Origin: a virus
Taxonomy: Duplodnaviria > Caudoviricetes
Virus record (IMG/VR): IMGVR_UViG_3300020399_000007
Coordinates: 1 to 25,267 of that record
DNA length: 25,267 bases
Reading direction: 5' to 3' (one strand)
The position numbers and the translations under genes were made by a program. Each line of letters starts with the position of its first letter. Positions within the stretch are counted from its first letter, which is position 1. The notes beneath the pieces were generated by a model. That model had not been told where the DNA came from. It did not search any database and worked only from the letters and a program-made list of their open reading frames with translations. Below are positions 8,899 through 18,056 of this stretch, in pieces.

Positions 8899-9471
8899 CT
8901 AGTTTATCAAGTCCTGTAGATTCAGTTGATTTGGACCCTCTGGAGGATCTCCATAAAACTTGGTTGTCGATATTAAAAATTGTATATCTCCTTCGATATT
9001 AAATACTGGTTCATCTTCTAAGTGTAGTTCGTTAAGCCCACCTCTTTTAAGTAACTCAACCTTTTGTTCAAATAGAGCTTGAAGTTCTACTAGATCATTT
9101 GCCGGTTCCATAGGGTGACAGTTACCTAAGTCTTGGTTAGGGCTAAGTGCAATTATATATTTATAATCATTTTTACTTATGTAATCATGTATCCTAGCAT
9201 ACGTAGCTGATACATGCATCATAAGATGAGGGCTTTCTGCAAGAGTTTTAAGTAGAAATAACATAAAAGGTTCTACCTCTAATGATTCAATAGAGAAGTC
9301 AACCTCTCCTGATTCTACAAATACAATTGAGATCACCCCATCATGAGGTTCGATATCATCTGCTATCTGTATATTAAGTAGGGGTGGATGGTTGTAATTT
9401 TCCTTCGACCCGTCCTTCCACATGAAGGAGGAACTGGGAAGGAAGTCTTCTTTTGTTAGTTTCTTTACCAT
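8899..9471 (-). CDS. Hypothetical protein
   Basis: 190-aa ORF on the coding strand; no recognisable motif and no SD. Confidence 0.65.
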   Translation of the reverse strand: MVKKLTKEDFLPSSSFMWKDGSKENYNHPPLLNIQIADDIEPHDGVISIVFVESGEVDFSIESLEVEPFMLFLLKTLAESPHLMMHVSATYARIHDYISKNDYKYIIALSPNQDLGNCHPMEPANDLVELQALFEQKVELLKRGGLNELHLEDEPVFNIEGDIQFLISTTKFYGDPPEGPNQLNLQDLIN

Positions 9472-9715
9472 TTTTTAGTAAGTAATTATATACATGAGTC
9501 TTAATTACTTCTCCTATCTTATCATCATTAAGTACGTCGTTCTGATCGAGTAAGGCTGTATTCATTGTAGGGCTTTCAAACCCATCAATAAGTAACGACC
9601 TTGGTACTTTGATAAGACTATCTGGTAGGCTGGCTAACGATTCATACATAGAATCTGTTGGGTCTATTACCCATCTTTGTCCTGTTTCGTCTTCTACTAT
9701 TAATTGAGATACCAT
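9374..9715 (-). CDS. Hypothetical protein (overlaps the next ORF by 98 nt)
   Basis: 113-aa ORF overlapping the end of the ERCC4 gene. Confidence 0.55.
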   Translation of the reverse strand: MVSQLIVEDETGQRWVIDPTDSMYESLASLPDSLIKVPRSLLIDGFESPTMNTALLDQNDVLNDDKIGEVIKTHVYNYLLKNGKETNKRRLPSQFLLHVEGRVEGKLQPSTPT

Positions 9716-10401
9716 AATATTTCTTCTGCCGTCTTTTCTCCCACGCCTTTAACTGCCATGAGTGTTCCTTTATCAGAGTTTGCTAGCTTCTTTATACTAC
9801 CAAATTCTGTGAGAAGTTGTTGAGCCATCTTAGGACCTACACCTCTCATACCCATAAGAACTGTCCACTTAGATTGTGATCTAGGGGGAACAGCAAACGG
9901 CTTTGGAGACAAGGCCAAAGTATTATGCTCGCTTCTACTTTCATACTTATACAAACTTAGTAGATGAAAGGGTAGGTACCAATCACTAGGATTGTACTCT
10001 ACCCTAATTGAATGAGACTGTATCGTTCTGAGCTTAGATACAAACGCATCCGGTGAGTGTTGTAGATTAATCTTCTTAGTCTTAATCTTACCACCCTTCA
10101 TCCACTGATAGTAACCATCCACCAACAGTACTACTACGTCAGCATCCGTGTCAAGACAGCCATTCAATTGACGGGCTATCTTACTACCGGGATCTCTCAT
10201 AGTAGGGTTTGTTGAAGAGATGAAGTCTGTAGGAGTTTTTCTTTCTACTAGTATGGTACGGGGTGTACCATCATCCTGAGTTATATCCATGCGATAATCA
10301 CCATAGTCTAGTTTCTCAACTGAGACAGGAATCTTAGAAGCCTTGAAAGCTTCTTGAACAAGTTGTATAGATCCCTGTTCTCGTGAGTCTATGGTTAGCA
10401 T
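9700..10401 (-). CDS. ERCC4 (XPF/Mus81/Hef-type) structure-specific endonuclease with tandem HhH
   Basis: IDSREQ, L.YGDY and VERKT..DF form the ERCC4 active site. HhH motifs MRGVGPKMA and VKGVGEKTA. Confidence 0.9.
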   Translation of the reverse strand: MLTIDSREQGSIQLVQEAFKASKIPVSVEKLDYGDYRMDITQDDGTPRTILVERKTPTDFISSTNPTMRDPGSKIARQLNGCLDTDADVVVLLVDGYYQWMKGGKIKTKKINLQHSPDAFVSKLRTIQSHSIRVEYNPSDWYLPFHLLSLYKYESRSEHNTLALSPKPFAVPPRSQSKWTVLMGMRGVGPKMAQQLLTEFGSIKKLANSDKGTLMAVKGVGEKTAEEILWYLN

Positions 10402-10404
10402 TGA

Positions 10405-11193
10405 CTATGCGGGTAGTATAACTCGCCCTCCATTTTCTTTCTCTGTTTCACAAGCATCGACATAGGTATTCCATAAGCCGTCCTCTATATCGAACTTAGT
10501 CCAGAGGCTTGACTTATTGTTACCGAGGTACGGACGTACCTTATCTTTCATTGTGGCTATCTGGTAACTAACCGGAGCCATCTTAAGATTGAGTGCGAAC
10601 ACAGTATCGAAGCGTTGTGTATTACGTTTCTCACCGCCGGGTTTAAAGCCAGCCTGTTGCCACATAGCTGTGGTTTCTTGTACTGTTATATCTTTATCTT
10701 GACCAACACCTTCTATACTTACAGGGTGTGCCCATGCTGTAGCAGCTACATGAAACGGTGCACGACCAGTAGCTACATCCAAGAAGTCTTTGTTGTGCTT
10801 AGTCTTACACCAACCCCACTTGTCAATACCGGGTGCTGAGGTACCTAGACGTAGTTCTTCCACTCTATTAGAGAGTGTAATACCATTGACCTTCATCTCA
10901 TAGTCAGCCTGTACTAAGTCCCAAGCCTTATCTAGCCCATCAATCATGAGCCAGTCACCTGCCTTAAGTACCTGCTTTGCTTTGTTAAATGAGTCAGCTA
11001 ACTGATCCCAATTCAAACAACCCTCTACCTCTATCTCAAGGTCAGGGAACAAACCATCTAACAGTTTGCCAAGTTTATTTTCTAGGTCAATCATGAAGAC
11101 CTTAGAACCGGGATGCTTTTCTGCTATATCTAACAGAGATGAGGATTTACCAGAGCTGTCTGGACCTACTATTAATATTGTTTCTTTATACAT
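10405..11193 (-). CDS. P-loop ATPase, Sak4/AAA_24-like recombination protein
   Basis: Walker A GPDSSGKS, IDLE and LMIDGL (Walker B). Its position right after a Cas4/RecB-like nuclease is typical of Sak4 modules. Confidence 0.75.
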   Translation of the reverse strand: MYKETILIVGPDSSGKSSSLLDIAEKHPGSKVFMIDLENKLGKLLDGLFPDLEIEVEGCLNWDQLADSFNKAKQVLKAGDWLMIDGLDKAWDLVQADYEMKVNGITLSNRVEELRLGTSAPGIDKWGWCKTKHNKDFLDVATGRAPFHVAATAWAHPVSIEGVGQDKDITVQETTAMWQQAGFKPGGEKRNTQRFDTVFALNLKMAPVSYQIATMKDKVRPYLGNNKSSLWTKFDIEDGLWNTYVDACETEKENGGRVILPA

Positions 11194-11980
11194 AACTCAA
11201 ACTTTCTACATTGACGGACACATTAGGTAATGCATCACAGGGTAATGGGCAGTTAGTACACCACCATCCAGGGGTAGGTGGAGTGATATCAGCCTCTAGA
11301 GAACGGATCACTGGTGGGATCATTTCATTTAATAACCAATCAGTATGCCTCCTATCTCTAGTTGTGCTGCCCCACTCAATACGTGGAGCTTTTGTTTTTA
11401 AGTATATAAACTGTACGAAGTGGACATTTACTTTATCCCATCCGCTTAGTGCAGCATACACAGTAGCTTGTAAGTCTTGTTCAAGCCACTTAGTATTCAT
11501 TGGACTGGTCTTAGTCTTCCAGTCTATTATTGTATTAGGTTCCCCTATGTAATCTATATATCCATGCAGCGTGTACTTAGCATCAATCGGATGCTCAATA
11601 TGTTTCTCAGTTGCAATTGGATTAGTGAGGAAGGGGAACAGCTCATCGTACATGATTGGTACGAGAGAGACAGAATCTTCCATAGACTTTTCTATGAAAT
11701 CATTTTGCCATGTGCAAGTATCTAATATGTTCTTACCGTTCTCGTCGAAACCATTGTTCCATAAGTTTTCCATGTGGTCAACAGCGGTATACGTATCAGG
11801 CCATTCACCTGATTCAATTTGTATGTTGATAATGTCTTCCATGAATTTGTGGACGATAGTTCCACGCACAGTATACTGTGTAGCTTCTCTCTCAAGTATT
11901 AGATTAGATAGCTTCTCACGCTTAAATCTTTCTGGACACTCAGAGAATAATGATAACCCACTATAAGATAATGTTGTCAT
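11186..11980 (-). CDS. Cas4/RecB-like PD-(D/E)XK exonuclease with probable Fe-S cluster
   Basis: LSYSGL...CP, GTIVH, E, GYID, IIDWKT, QATVY and C-terminal CTNCPLPC (1+3 Cys). Confidence 0.88.
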   Translation of the reverse strand: MTTLSYSGLSLFSECPERFKREKLSNLILEREATQYTVRGTIVHKFMEDIINIQIESGEWPDTYTAVDHMENLWNNGFDENGKNILDTCTWQNDFIEKSMEDSVSLVPIMYDELFPFLTNPIATEKHIEHPIDAKYTLHGYIDYIGEPNTIIDWKTKTSPMNTKWLEQDLQATVYAALSGWDKVNVHFVQFIYLKTKAPRIEWGSTTRDRRHTDWLLNEMIPPVIRSLEADITPPTPGWWCTNCPLPCDALPNVSVNVESLSYV

Positions 11981-11989
11981 AAATTTTTA

Positions 11990-12151
11990 ATTGGTAGGCT
12001 CTTTAGAAATTACCAAGAATATGATTGCTCACATAAGGACTTATTCAGCGAGTTCCCCCTTCGCGTCACCTTAAACCTTGTCTCATATGATTGGGTATCA
12101 TGTAAGTATGAGAGTTAGTAATCCTTGATAATCTCTAAAGAGGCTACCAAT
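11990..12151 (-). ncRNA. Candidate structured RNA / 5' leader (~160 nt, long closing stem, multibranch interior)
   Basis: Arms 11990-12020 and 12121-12151 pair over 31 positions, with three G-U wobbles on the - strand and one C-C mismatch. Interior hairpins include AUGUGA-GCAA-UCAUAU (GNRA loop). Confidence 0.65.
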
Positions 12152-12162
12152 CCTATACATAT

Positions 12163-12191
12163 ATTGTAACACATATGCTGTAGATTGGCAA
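12163..12191 (-). promoter_or_regulatory. Sigma-70-type promoter driving the structured RNA and nuclease operon
   Basis: TTGCCA (12191-12186), 17 bp, then TACAAT (12168-12163) preceded by TG. Predicted start is near 12156. Confidence 0.8.
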
Positions 12192-12221
12192 CCCCTTTGT
12201 CAGAGGAGTTTTACTAGTTAC

Positions 12222-12770
12222 CTAGTAAGCTGCAGATACCTGCTGCTTGGATGCAAGAGCTTCATCTTGAACGATAGCTACGCCACGCTCAAGGTCAAAG
12301 TCCTCAACATCACCTACTGTTGCCAGTATATCATACTTGCGCTCAGTTCGTCCACGGAATTCCTCCGTGAAAGAAGCGACCACAACAACCTTACCAACGA
12401 GATCAGAACTGCCGGGGTTCGGTAGTCCAGCGTCTGAACATTGTCGGGTTAGCCGACCAAGGTCAGTCTTAGCATGCATAGATGGAGACTTACCAGACTC
12501 CAGAGCTTCTGCTTGTGCTCGACTAATGTTGATGTATAGGTCACGAGGACCTGCAGACGTTTCAGGATGTATCTGCTTGATTGTCCATTTTAATTCCACT
12601 TTAGGGAATGAACGCTCTTCGCCAGTTTCCTTGTCGTTGTAGGTAATCGTTCGTTTCTGAAACACAGGTTCCCCTGCAATTTCAGCTAACATAACCGTTC
12701 GGTCTGAGACATTGTTTGCGTCAAGAAGATCTTCACCCAACTCCAATACCTCAATTGTTTCTTCTGCCAT
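12222..12770 (-). CDS. Putative single-stranded DNA-binding protein
   Basis: 182-aa acidic, beta-rich protein with a DLVGKVVVV strand, between helicase and exonuclease/Sak4 genes where SSBs usually lie. AAGGA RBS. Function inferred from context. Confidence 0.5.
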   Translation of the reverse strand: MAEETIEVLELGEDLLDANNVSDRTVMLAEIAGEPVFQKRTITYNDKETGEERSFPKVELKWTIKQIHPETSAGPRDLYINISRAQAEALESGKSPSMHAKTDLGRLTRQCSDAGLPNPGSSDLVGKVVVVASFTEEFRGRTERKYDILATVGDVEDFDLERGVAIVQDEALASKQQVSAAY

Positions 12771-12792
12771 TATATATTTTTTCCTTTTTATA

Positions 12793-14370
12793 CTATTCTA
12801 TTTCTAGGTACTTGATGGCTGCTTTGAACCATTGTGGAATGTCATCACTATGTTTTCTAGCTATCTCCTCAAACATTGCGTCGAGTATATAGATAGAGCA
12901 AAAGTCTTTTTCATTCCGCATACCTCTTCCTGAGCCTTGAATGATATCGGAAACTGCTTTCCATGTATACCAGTTAGGGTCTTCAGAGAGCCGTTCACGT
13001 ACTACTTTATCCCCAAGAGATAGGTAAGGTACCTTGGGCATAATGACGTAACGACATTGATCATGTGGAAAATCTTCTCCCTCCAAAATAGATGGAGAGA
13101 TAAGTATACTAGCCTCCTCTGACTCTTTGAATTTCCTTATGACCTCATTCTTATCACTCGCACCATGTGTCATCATAAGCCGTTTATATTTAGAAGTGTT
13201 CTTAATAATCTCAGCTCGCTTATAACTCACAGTGTGAATAATACCTTTGTGTTGCCTAGACATATGTGCCCCTATGATAGTATCAATTTCATCTACCATA
13301 GATGGCATAAGGCTAGGCTCAGATGCAGCAGACATACGGCCTACTGGTCTGTAGTAAACAGGTCTACGTTTAGGTTCGTACACACTGTCAACTTCTATTA
13401 TATCATAATCGGTGATGCCAAGTCTCTCGACATCATCACGATTCATGGTGGCAGTCATTAAGACTACCTTGTCTACATCTCCGAAGAGATACTTTGTATA
13501 GTCTGCTACAAATACAGGCCGTACTTTATATACGGAACCTATCTTGTCAAACACCCAAGGCTTACCTTGTTCAGTATCTAGTCCAGCCCTTTGCATAAGG
13601 GTAAGGTTACGAGCCAGCTTTTGATACTTACTGTACCTAGACATAGCACGTTTATAATCCCTAGTGTTCCCCTTGATTCTATCACCGGCATTTCCACCTG
13701 TGATACCGTATACCCACAACCTAGCACGTTGTAGTTCTTCTTCTACCTCAACCATATTATCTGCAGCCCAGTCAGCCATACCTTCTACGGTAAGGTCACG
13801 AGGTCTACGCCATGACATAGATCCTATATCCCGGTCAGATATCTCAGCAGATACATGCTTCTCTAACTCAAGGTGAGCTAGGTGTGACTCATCACAAAAC
13901 AATATATCTGGTCTCTTAAAGGTTGTGGAGAACTCAGAGGTATACATATACAAAGGGTAGTTAAAGATTGCAAAGTCAGAAACGTATGCACTCTCCCTAT
14001 CTACGAAGTAATCACAAGAAGATTTAACAGCACACTGAAACCCCACTTGACATGGAGCCTGTGTCACTGTTACATCTGCTATAAGACATTCGTAATTGTC
14101 TCTACCTTTTAGTACAGGTGCAAAGGCAAACGAAGATTGTAATTGATCTTGTAACCTAAGTGTAGATACTACAACATGAGTACGTTTTTGCAACGCTCGT
14201 TGTGTTACAACTGATAGTAGAGACTTACCAGTACCTGTAGGTGCGACAAGAATAAGGAATCGTTTGTCAGTATCATACCAGTCCAATATCTTTTGAGCTA
14301 GTTCTTGCTGATTAGGATACCATTGATCCTCATCTAACCCGTATTCTTGTGGGCTTGATGCTACAAATAT
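12793..14370 (-). CDS. DinG/XPD-family SF2 helicase with Fe-S cluster (start extended beyond the track's 14286)
   Basis: APTGTGKS, LQDQL, LKGRDNYEC plus three more Cys, DESH, MTAT, EGEDF, KVPY and QGSGRGMR. A Q-motif-like WYPNQQE lies in frame upstream of 14286. Confidence 0.88.
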   Translation of the reverse strand: MFVASSPQEYGLDEDQWYPNQQELAQKILDWYDTDKRFLILVAPTGTGKSLLSVVTQRALQKRTHVVVSTLRLQDQLQSSFAFAPVLKGRDNYECLIADVTVTQAPCQVGFQCAVKSSCDYFVDRESAYVSDFAIFNYPLYMYTSEFSTTFKRPDILFCDESHLAHLELEKHVSAEISDRDIGSMSWRRPRDLTVEGMADWAADNMVEVEEELQRARLWVYGITGGNAGDRIKGNTRDYKRAMSRYSKYQKLARNLTLMQRAGLDTEQGKPWVFDKIGSVYKVRPVFVADYTKYLFGDVDKVVLMTATMNRDDVERLGITDYDIIEVDSVYEPKRRPVYYRPVGRMSAASEPSLMPSMVDEIDTIIGAHMSRQHKGIIHTVSYKRAEIIKNTSKYKRLMMTHGASDKNEVIRKFKESEEASILISPSILEGEDFPHDQCRYVIMPKVPYLSLGDKVVRERLSEDPNWYTWKAVSDIIQGSGRGMRNEKDFCSIYILDAMFEEIARKHSDDIPQWFKAAIKYLEIE

Positions 14371-14709
14371 TTATTGTTCCTCCTCCAATTCTTCAGGTGT
14401 TACTAATGAGTGAATTAATGTATGCATATCTGCTACACTTATATCAAGAATTTTAGAAAATTGTTCTGTTAATCCATTTAACAAAGTACTAGACATTGGA
14501 AGATATTCTGTTTGACTAAACACATTTAATAGTAATGGATGATTAGAACTAGTCAACCAGACATGTTCAATCTCTCCATTACTATTTTCTTGCATTCTAA
14601 GAAATAACTCAATAGTTATTAATCGTATCATGCCATTCATCATCTCTTTATGAGTCCATGATTTAAATTCTTTATCAGCTATCTCTTCAATTTCTTCTAG
14701 TATACTCAA
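14371..14709 (-). CDS. Hypothetical protein
   Basis: 112-aa ORF overlapping the DUF932 stop, in frame with the helicase. Confidence 0.65.
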   Translation of the reverse strand: MSILEEIEEIADKEFKSWTHKEMMNGMIRLITIELFLRMQENSNGEIEHVWLTSSNHPLLLNVFSQTEYLPMSSTLLNGLTEQFSKILDISVADMHTLIHSLVTPEELEEEQ

Positions 14710-15698
14710 CTACCAACTCCTAATGCGTTTAACGCTGCAAATGTTTTTCTCTTTAGTAAATCTCCACGACCACCTACTAGTGATGATGCAAACCTACGTT
14801 CATCCTGACTTCTAACAGAGGCAGCCTCACGCTTATTGAATGGGATACCATGGTCAGCATAGCCTGAAGCAGCTTGTAAGAACGAGTACGAAGTCTCTCC
14901 GTTACGATCATACTCCTCATCAAGGAATGTAGTAACAAAGTTATTACGTTGATTCTTCTGCCAATTAGTCATGTCTTCCTTTTGTGGGTCACCAAACAAG
15001 TGGTCAAGAATATCTTTCTCTCTTGATTCAGGGAGGTGAGTGACTAGAGCTTTCTCTAACCAATCCTTCATACGTCTGTTTGCTGCAGTAGTAATCAGTA
15101 CTGATTCTCGTGCAATCTCAAGGTTGGTACGCATGTTAGTGTTATGCCGTACCTTAAATGTGGCGTTACTCTTGTTCCAAGATGTGCCTTGTGTTGCAGC
15201 GGTAAGTGTATTATAACATACTACGCGAACATTTGTTGGAAGCAGGTGGATAGCGTACTTGCCATCATGTCCTGTAGAGATAAGGAAGTACTGCCAGTAA
15301 TCTTCATCACCAACCCTCATATCTTCTTCAAGCTTCATAAGCCCTGCAAACTTCTTACCACCATCAAGAACCATCATTGATTCCCAATGTGCAACACCAT
15401 CTTGCAGTAGATTATCTGCCCACTGTATTGCTTCTATGTTTTGAAATGGTTCATACTTGTCAGATGTAATACCGAGAATCTGTTTTGTATCTTCTCGTAC
15501 AACTGCCACATGATTAGGTACTCTTACCTCACGCCATCCATCTTTAATATGAAGTGGAGACTTGGATACTTTATAATCAAAGTTACCTAACTCTAGTGCT
15601 TGTTCTGTGGTGAAGCTCTTAGGAACTGTCACCCCTACTCCATGCCATGCTGGTTTTTCTGCGTATACCGCAGAACCTTCTTCTACTAAGTGAGCCAT
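14706..15698 (-). CDS. DUF932 family phage/plasmid protein
   Basis: MAH...PAWHGVG, Y.PFQN, L.GG, GHDG, TNVRVVC.NTL and RH motifs; AAAGGA RBS. Confidence 0.88.
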   Translation of the reverse strand: MAHLVEEGSAVYAEKPAWHGVGVTVPKSFTTEQALELGNFDYKVSKSPLHIKDGWREVRVPNHVAVVREDTKQILGITSDKYEPFQNIEAIQWADNLLQDGVAHWESMMVLDGGKKFAGLMKLEEDMRVGDEDYWQYFLISTGHDGKYAIHLLPTNVRVVCYNTLTAATQGTSWNKSNATFKVRHNTNMRTNLEIARESVLITTAANRRMKDWLEKALVTHLPESREKDILDHLFGDPQKEDMTNWQKNQRNNFVTTFLDEEYDRNGETSYSFLQAASGYADHGIPFNKREAASVRSQDERRFASSLVGGRGDLLKRKTFAALNALGVGS

Positions 15699-15710
15699 AC
15701 TATTTCCTTT

Positions 15711-18056
15711 CTAGTGAATGTCGCCCCAACTTTTTCCTATCTTATACTCTGCTACCAGAGGTACACGTAGCTTCATTGCTTCTTCAAAAGCTCCTACGAT
15801 ATCAGCTGATATTGCTTTCAGTTCAGATTCATCTCCTTCCAATAAGACTTCATCATGTATTTGTTGCACCAATTTTATACCTGGATTAAACTTATCCGGA
15901 TATATTTTGTCAAGTAATTCTTGTATTGTATTGGTTGCTATCTTTGTAATGTCTCCACTTGCTGTGCCTTGAAACAGTGCATCAAACGCAGACCGTTCAG
16001 CACCTGCTCGTTCAGCAGAGTTATATGATTTGATACCATGTATGTAAGAGCGATGTCCTCCAAGTGATTCAACATACCCTAGCTTACGGGCAGCCTCGAT
16101 AACTTCTGTACGTAACCTTTCAATCTCTGGTATGTTAGCTGCAATCTTGCTAAGAACGTGGGCTGCATAGTCCACTGGTTTATTTAACATGGCTGCTATC
16201 TTTATTGGGGAGGCCCCGTAGATAACGGCGTATACAATATTTTTAGCTGCACTTCTTTGGTCTCCACTAATTTCACTAGTAGGTATTTCAAAGATAATCG
16301 CCGCCATTTCTCTGTGGATATCTCTTGAAGAGTCAGAGAAAGCGTCAATGAGTGCCCTGTTTCCAGAGTAATGTGCGAGAATCCTATATTCAAGTTGTGC
16401 CGCATCAGCTGACATGAGTACTTTTTCGTCTTGAGCTTCAAAAAGTTTACGTATGGCTTTTCCATTGTCTGTCCTTATCGGTATGTTCATTAGGTTAGGT
16501 TGCGTTGATGCAAGCCTCCCTGTTATTACTCTGAATGGATTGAGTCGCGTATGTATCCTGTTGTCAGTACCAATGTACTCAGGGTATGCCTTAAGGTAGG
16601 TACTGATTAACTTTGCTAGCTCTTTATACTCCATGATGTGCCCTACTACCTCATGTGTATTCTCAATCTTCTCAAGCTCAGCCTTAGATGTCGAGTACCC
16701 TGTCTTAGTACGTGCTGTAGTAGGTAGCCCAAGTCTTTTAAACAGTAGCTTACCTAGCTGAGCAGGGCTGTTGACGTTCAATGGTTCCCCATTAAACATT
16801 TGTATCCTACTATTCAGTAATTCGGCACGACCTTCTAACTCATATAGTAATGGTGCTAACTTTTCCATGTTAAGATACATACCATTGTAAGACATACGAA
16901 TGCAGGACACTAAGAAGGGCATCTCTACTTCCATGTACCGGGTATGTTGTTCCTCAGTAAGTCTCTTGCCTAGTACCTGCCCTAGTCTGAACGACTTGAC
17001 GGCATCATCAGCAGCGTAAGGAGCACCACGAGCAATATCAATGTTGTCAAAAGTATCCCCCTTTGTAACAGCACTGAACTCTTCCATGACATCACCAAGC
17101 ACATCAGCTGATAACGCCTTGAGTCCAAGCTTATTCGGTTGAGGTACATGCATTCCTAACATATACGCAAAGCCTTGTACGTCTAACAGATTAGTGGGGA
17201 ACCCTAGCCCATGGTCAGCGGCCATAAGTACATCGAATGCCAGATTTGCACCAACTAAAGTTTTCTTTGCTAACATAGGATGTAGCTGTTCTTTCACAGC
17301 ATCCCAGCTTACGTTAGAATATTCCCCTGAAACATTGTGCGCTACTGGTAGGTAGTACCCATGCTTCCCATCGAAACTGAATGACTCACCAACAATCTTA
17401 TTAGTCTGCCAGTTTAGCCCGTTAGTTTCTGTATCCCACCCTACTATGTCTACTTTATCTAGCATAGCAAGGAACTTGGGTAAGTCTTGTATCACCTCAT
17501 AGTTAGAGAATGACTCACGCCCTACCTTTACGTGGATATTGTCAGCGATAGACTTCAATGTAATGTCTCCTGTCTTAGGATTCTCCGCCCAATCCCATCG
17601 CTTCTTTCTTGTCTGTCCGGCCTTCATCTTAGCTGCCTTACTAGGCTCACTGATACCTTGATTGGCAAAGAATGAAATGTCTCTAGGGTCATACCCTAAG
17701 TCAAGCTTAACTCTATTAGGTCGTACCTCCTCTGGATTTAACCAGTGGTCAGAGGGTCGATAACTTGTGGCACCATAGTAACTCAAAGCCAGCACTTCAG
17801 GATCAGCTGAGAATACTACAGTACCTTCGGGAGCTAACCCTGCACGTTTGATACTGTTCAATACATTAGTAGTGTAGTGGCATCCTTGAAAGAATGTACC
17901 ACGATTGTCTTCAGTATTGAATACTACTATTGTATCAGGATAATGCATCATTTTCAACTTGTAACACAGTCTCAGTGCTATCAGGTTGATCAGCTTGGTG
18001 TCCAACATCGGACTCATCTTGTTTATTAAACTCGGTAGGTCGAATAGTAAAATCAT
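15711..18056 (-). CDS. polA: Family A DNA polymerase with 3'-5' exonuclease and a degenerate 5'-3' exonuclease-like N-terminus
   Basis: Exo motifs WDTET, NLAFD and YAADDA. Polymerase motifs TGRLAS..PNLMNIP, A (DAAQLEYR), B (RSAAKNIVYAVIYG) and C (IHDE). GAGGAGG/GAGG upstream. Confidence 0.95.
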   Translation of the reverse strand: MILLFDLPSLINKMSPMLDTKLINLIALRLCYKLKMMHYPDTIVVFNTEDNRGTFFQGCHYTTNVLNSIKRAGLAPEGTVVFSADPEVLALSYYGATSYRPSDHWLNPEEVRPNRVKLDLGYDPRDISFFANQGISEPSKAAKMKAGQTRKKRWDWAENPKTGDITLKSIADNIHVKVGRESFSNYEVIQDLPKFLAMLDKVDIVGWDTETNGLNWQTNKIVGESFSFDGKHGYYLPVAHNVSGEYSNVSWDAVKEQLHPMLAKKTLVGANLAFDVLMAADHGLGFPTNLLDVQGFAYMLGMHVPQPNKLGLKALSADVLGDVMEEFSAVTKGDTFDNIDIARGAPYAADDAVKSFRLGQVLGKRLTEEQHTRYMEVEMPFLVSCIRMSYNGMYLNMEKLAPLLYELEGRAELLNSRIQMFNGEPLNVNSPAQLGKLLFKRLGLPTTARTKTGYSTSKAELEKIENTHEVVGHIMEYKELAKLISTYLKAYPEYIGTDNRIHTRLNPFRVITGRLASTQPNLMNIPIRTDNGKAIRKLFEAQDEKVLMSADAAQLEYRILAHYSGNRALIDAFSDSSRDIHREMAAIIFEIPTSEISGDQRSAAKNIVYAVIYGASPIKIAAMLNKPVDYAAHVLSKIAANIPEIERLRTEVIEAARKLGYVESLGGHRSYIHGIKSYNSAERAGAERSAFDALFQGTASGDITKIATNTIQELLDKIYPDKFNPGIKLVQQIHDEVLLEGDESELKAISADIVGAFEEAMKLRVPLVAEYKIGKSWGDIH

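Noticed and set aside
11186-12221. Cas4-like gene plus adjacent non-coding DNA as a CRISPR locus
   Set aside because: No direct repeat-spacer array and no other cas genes; solo Cas4-like nucleases are common in phage recombination modules.
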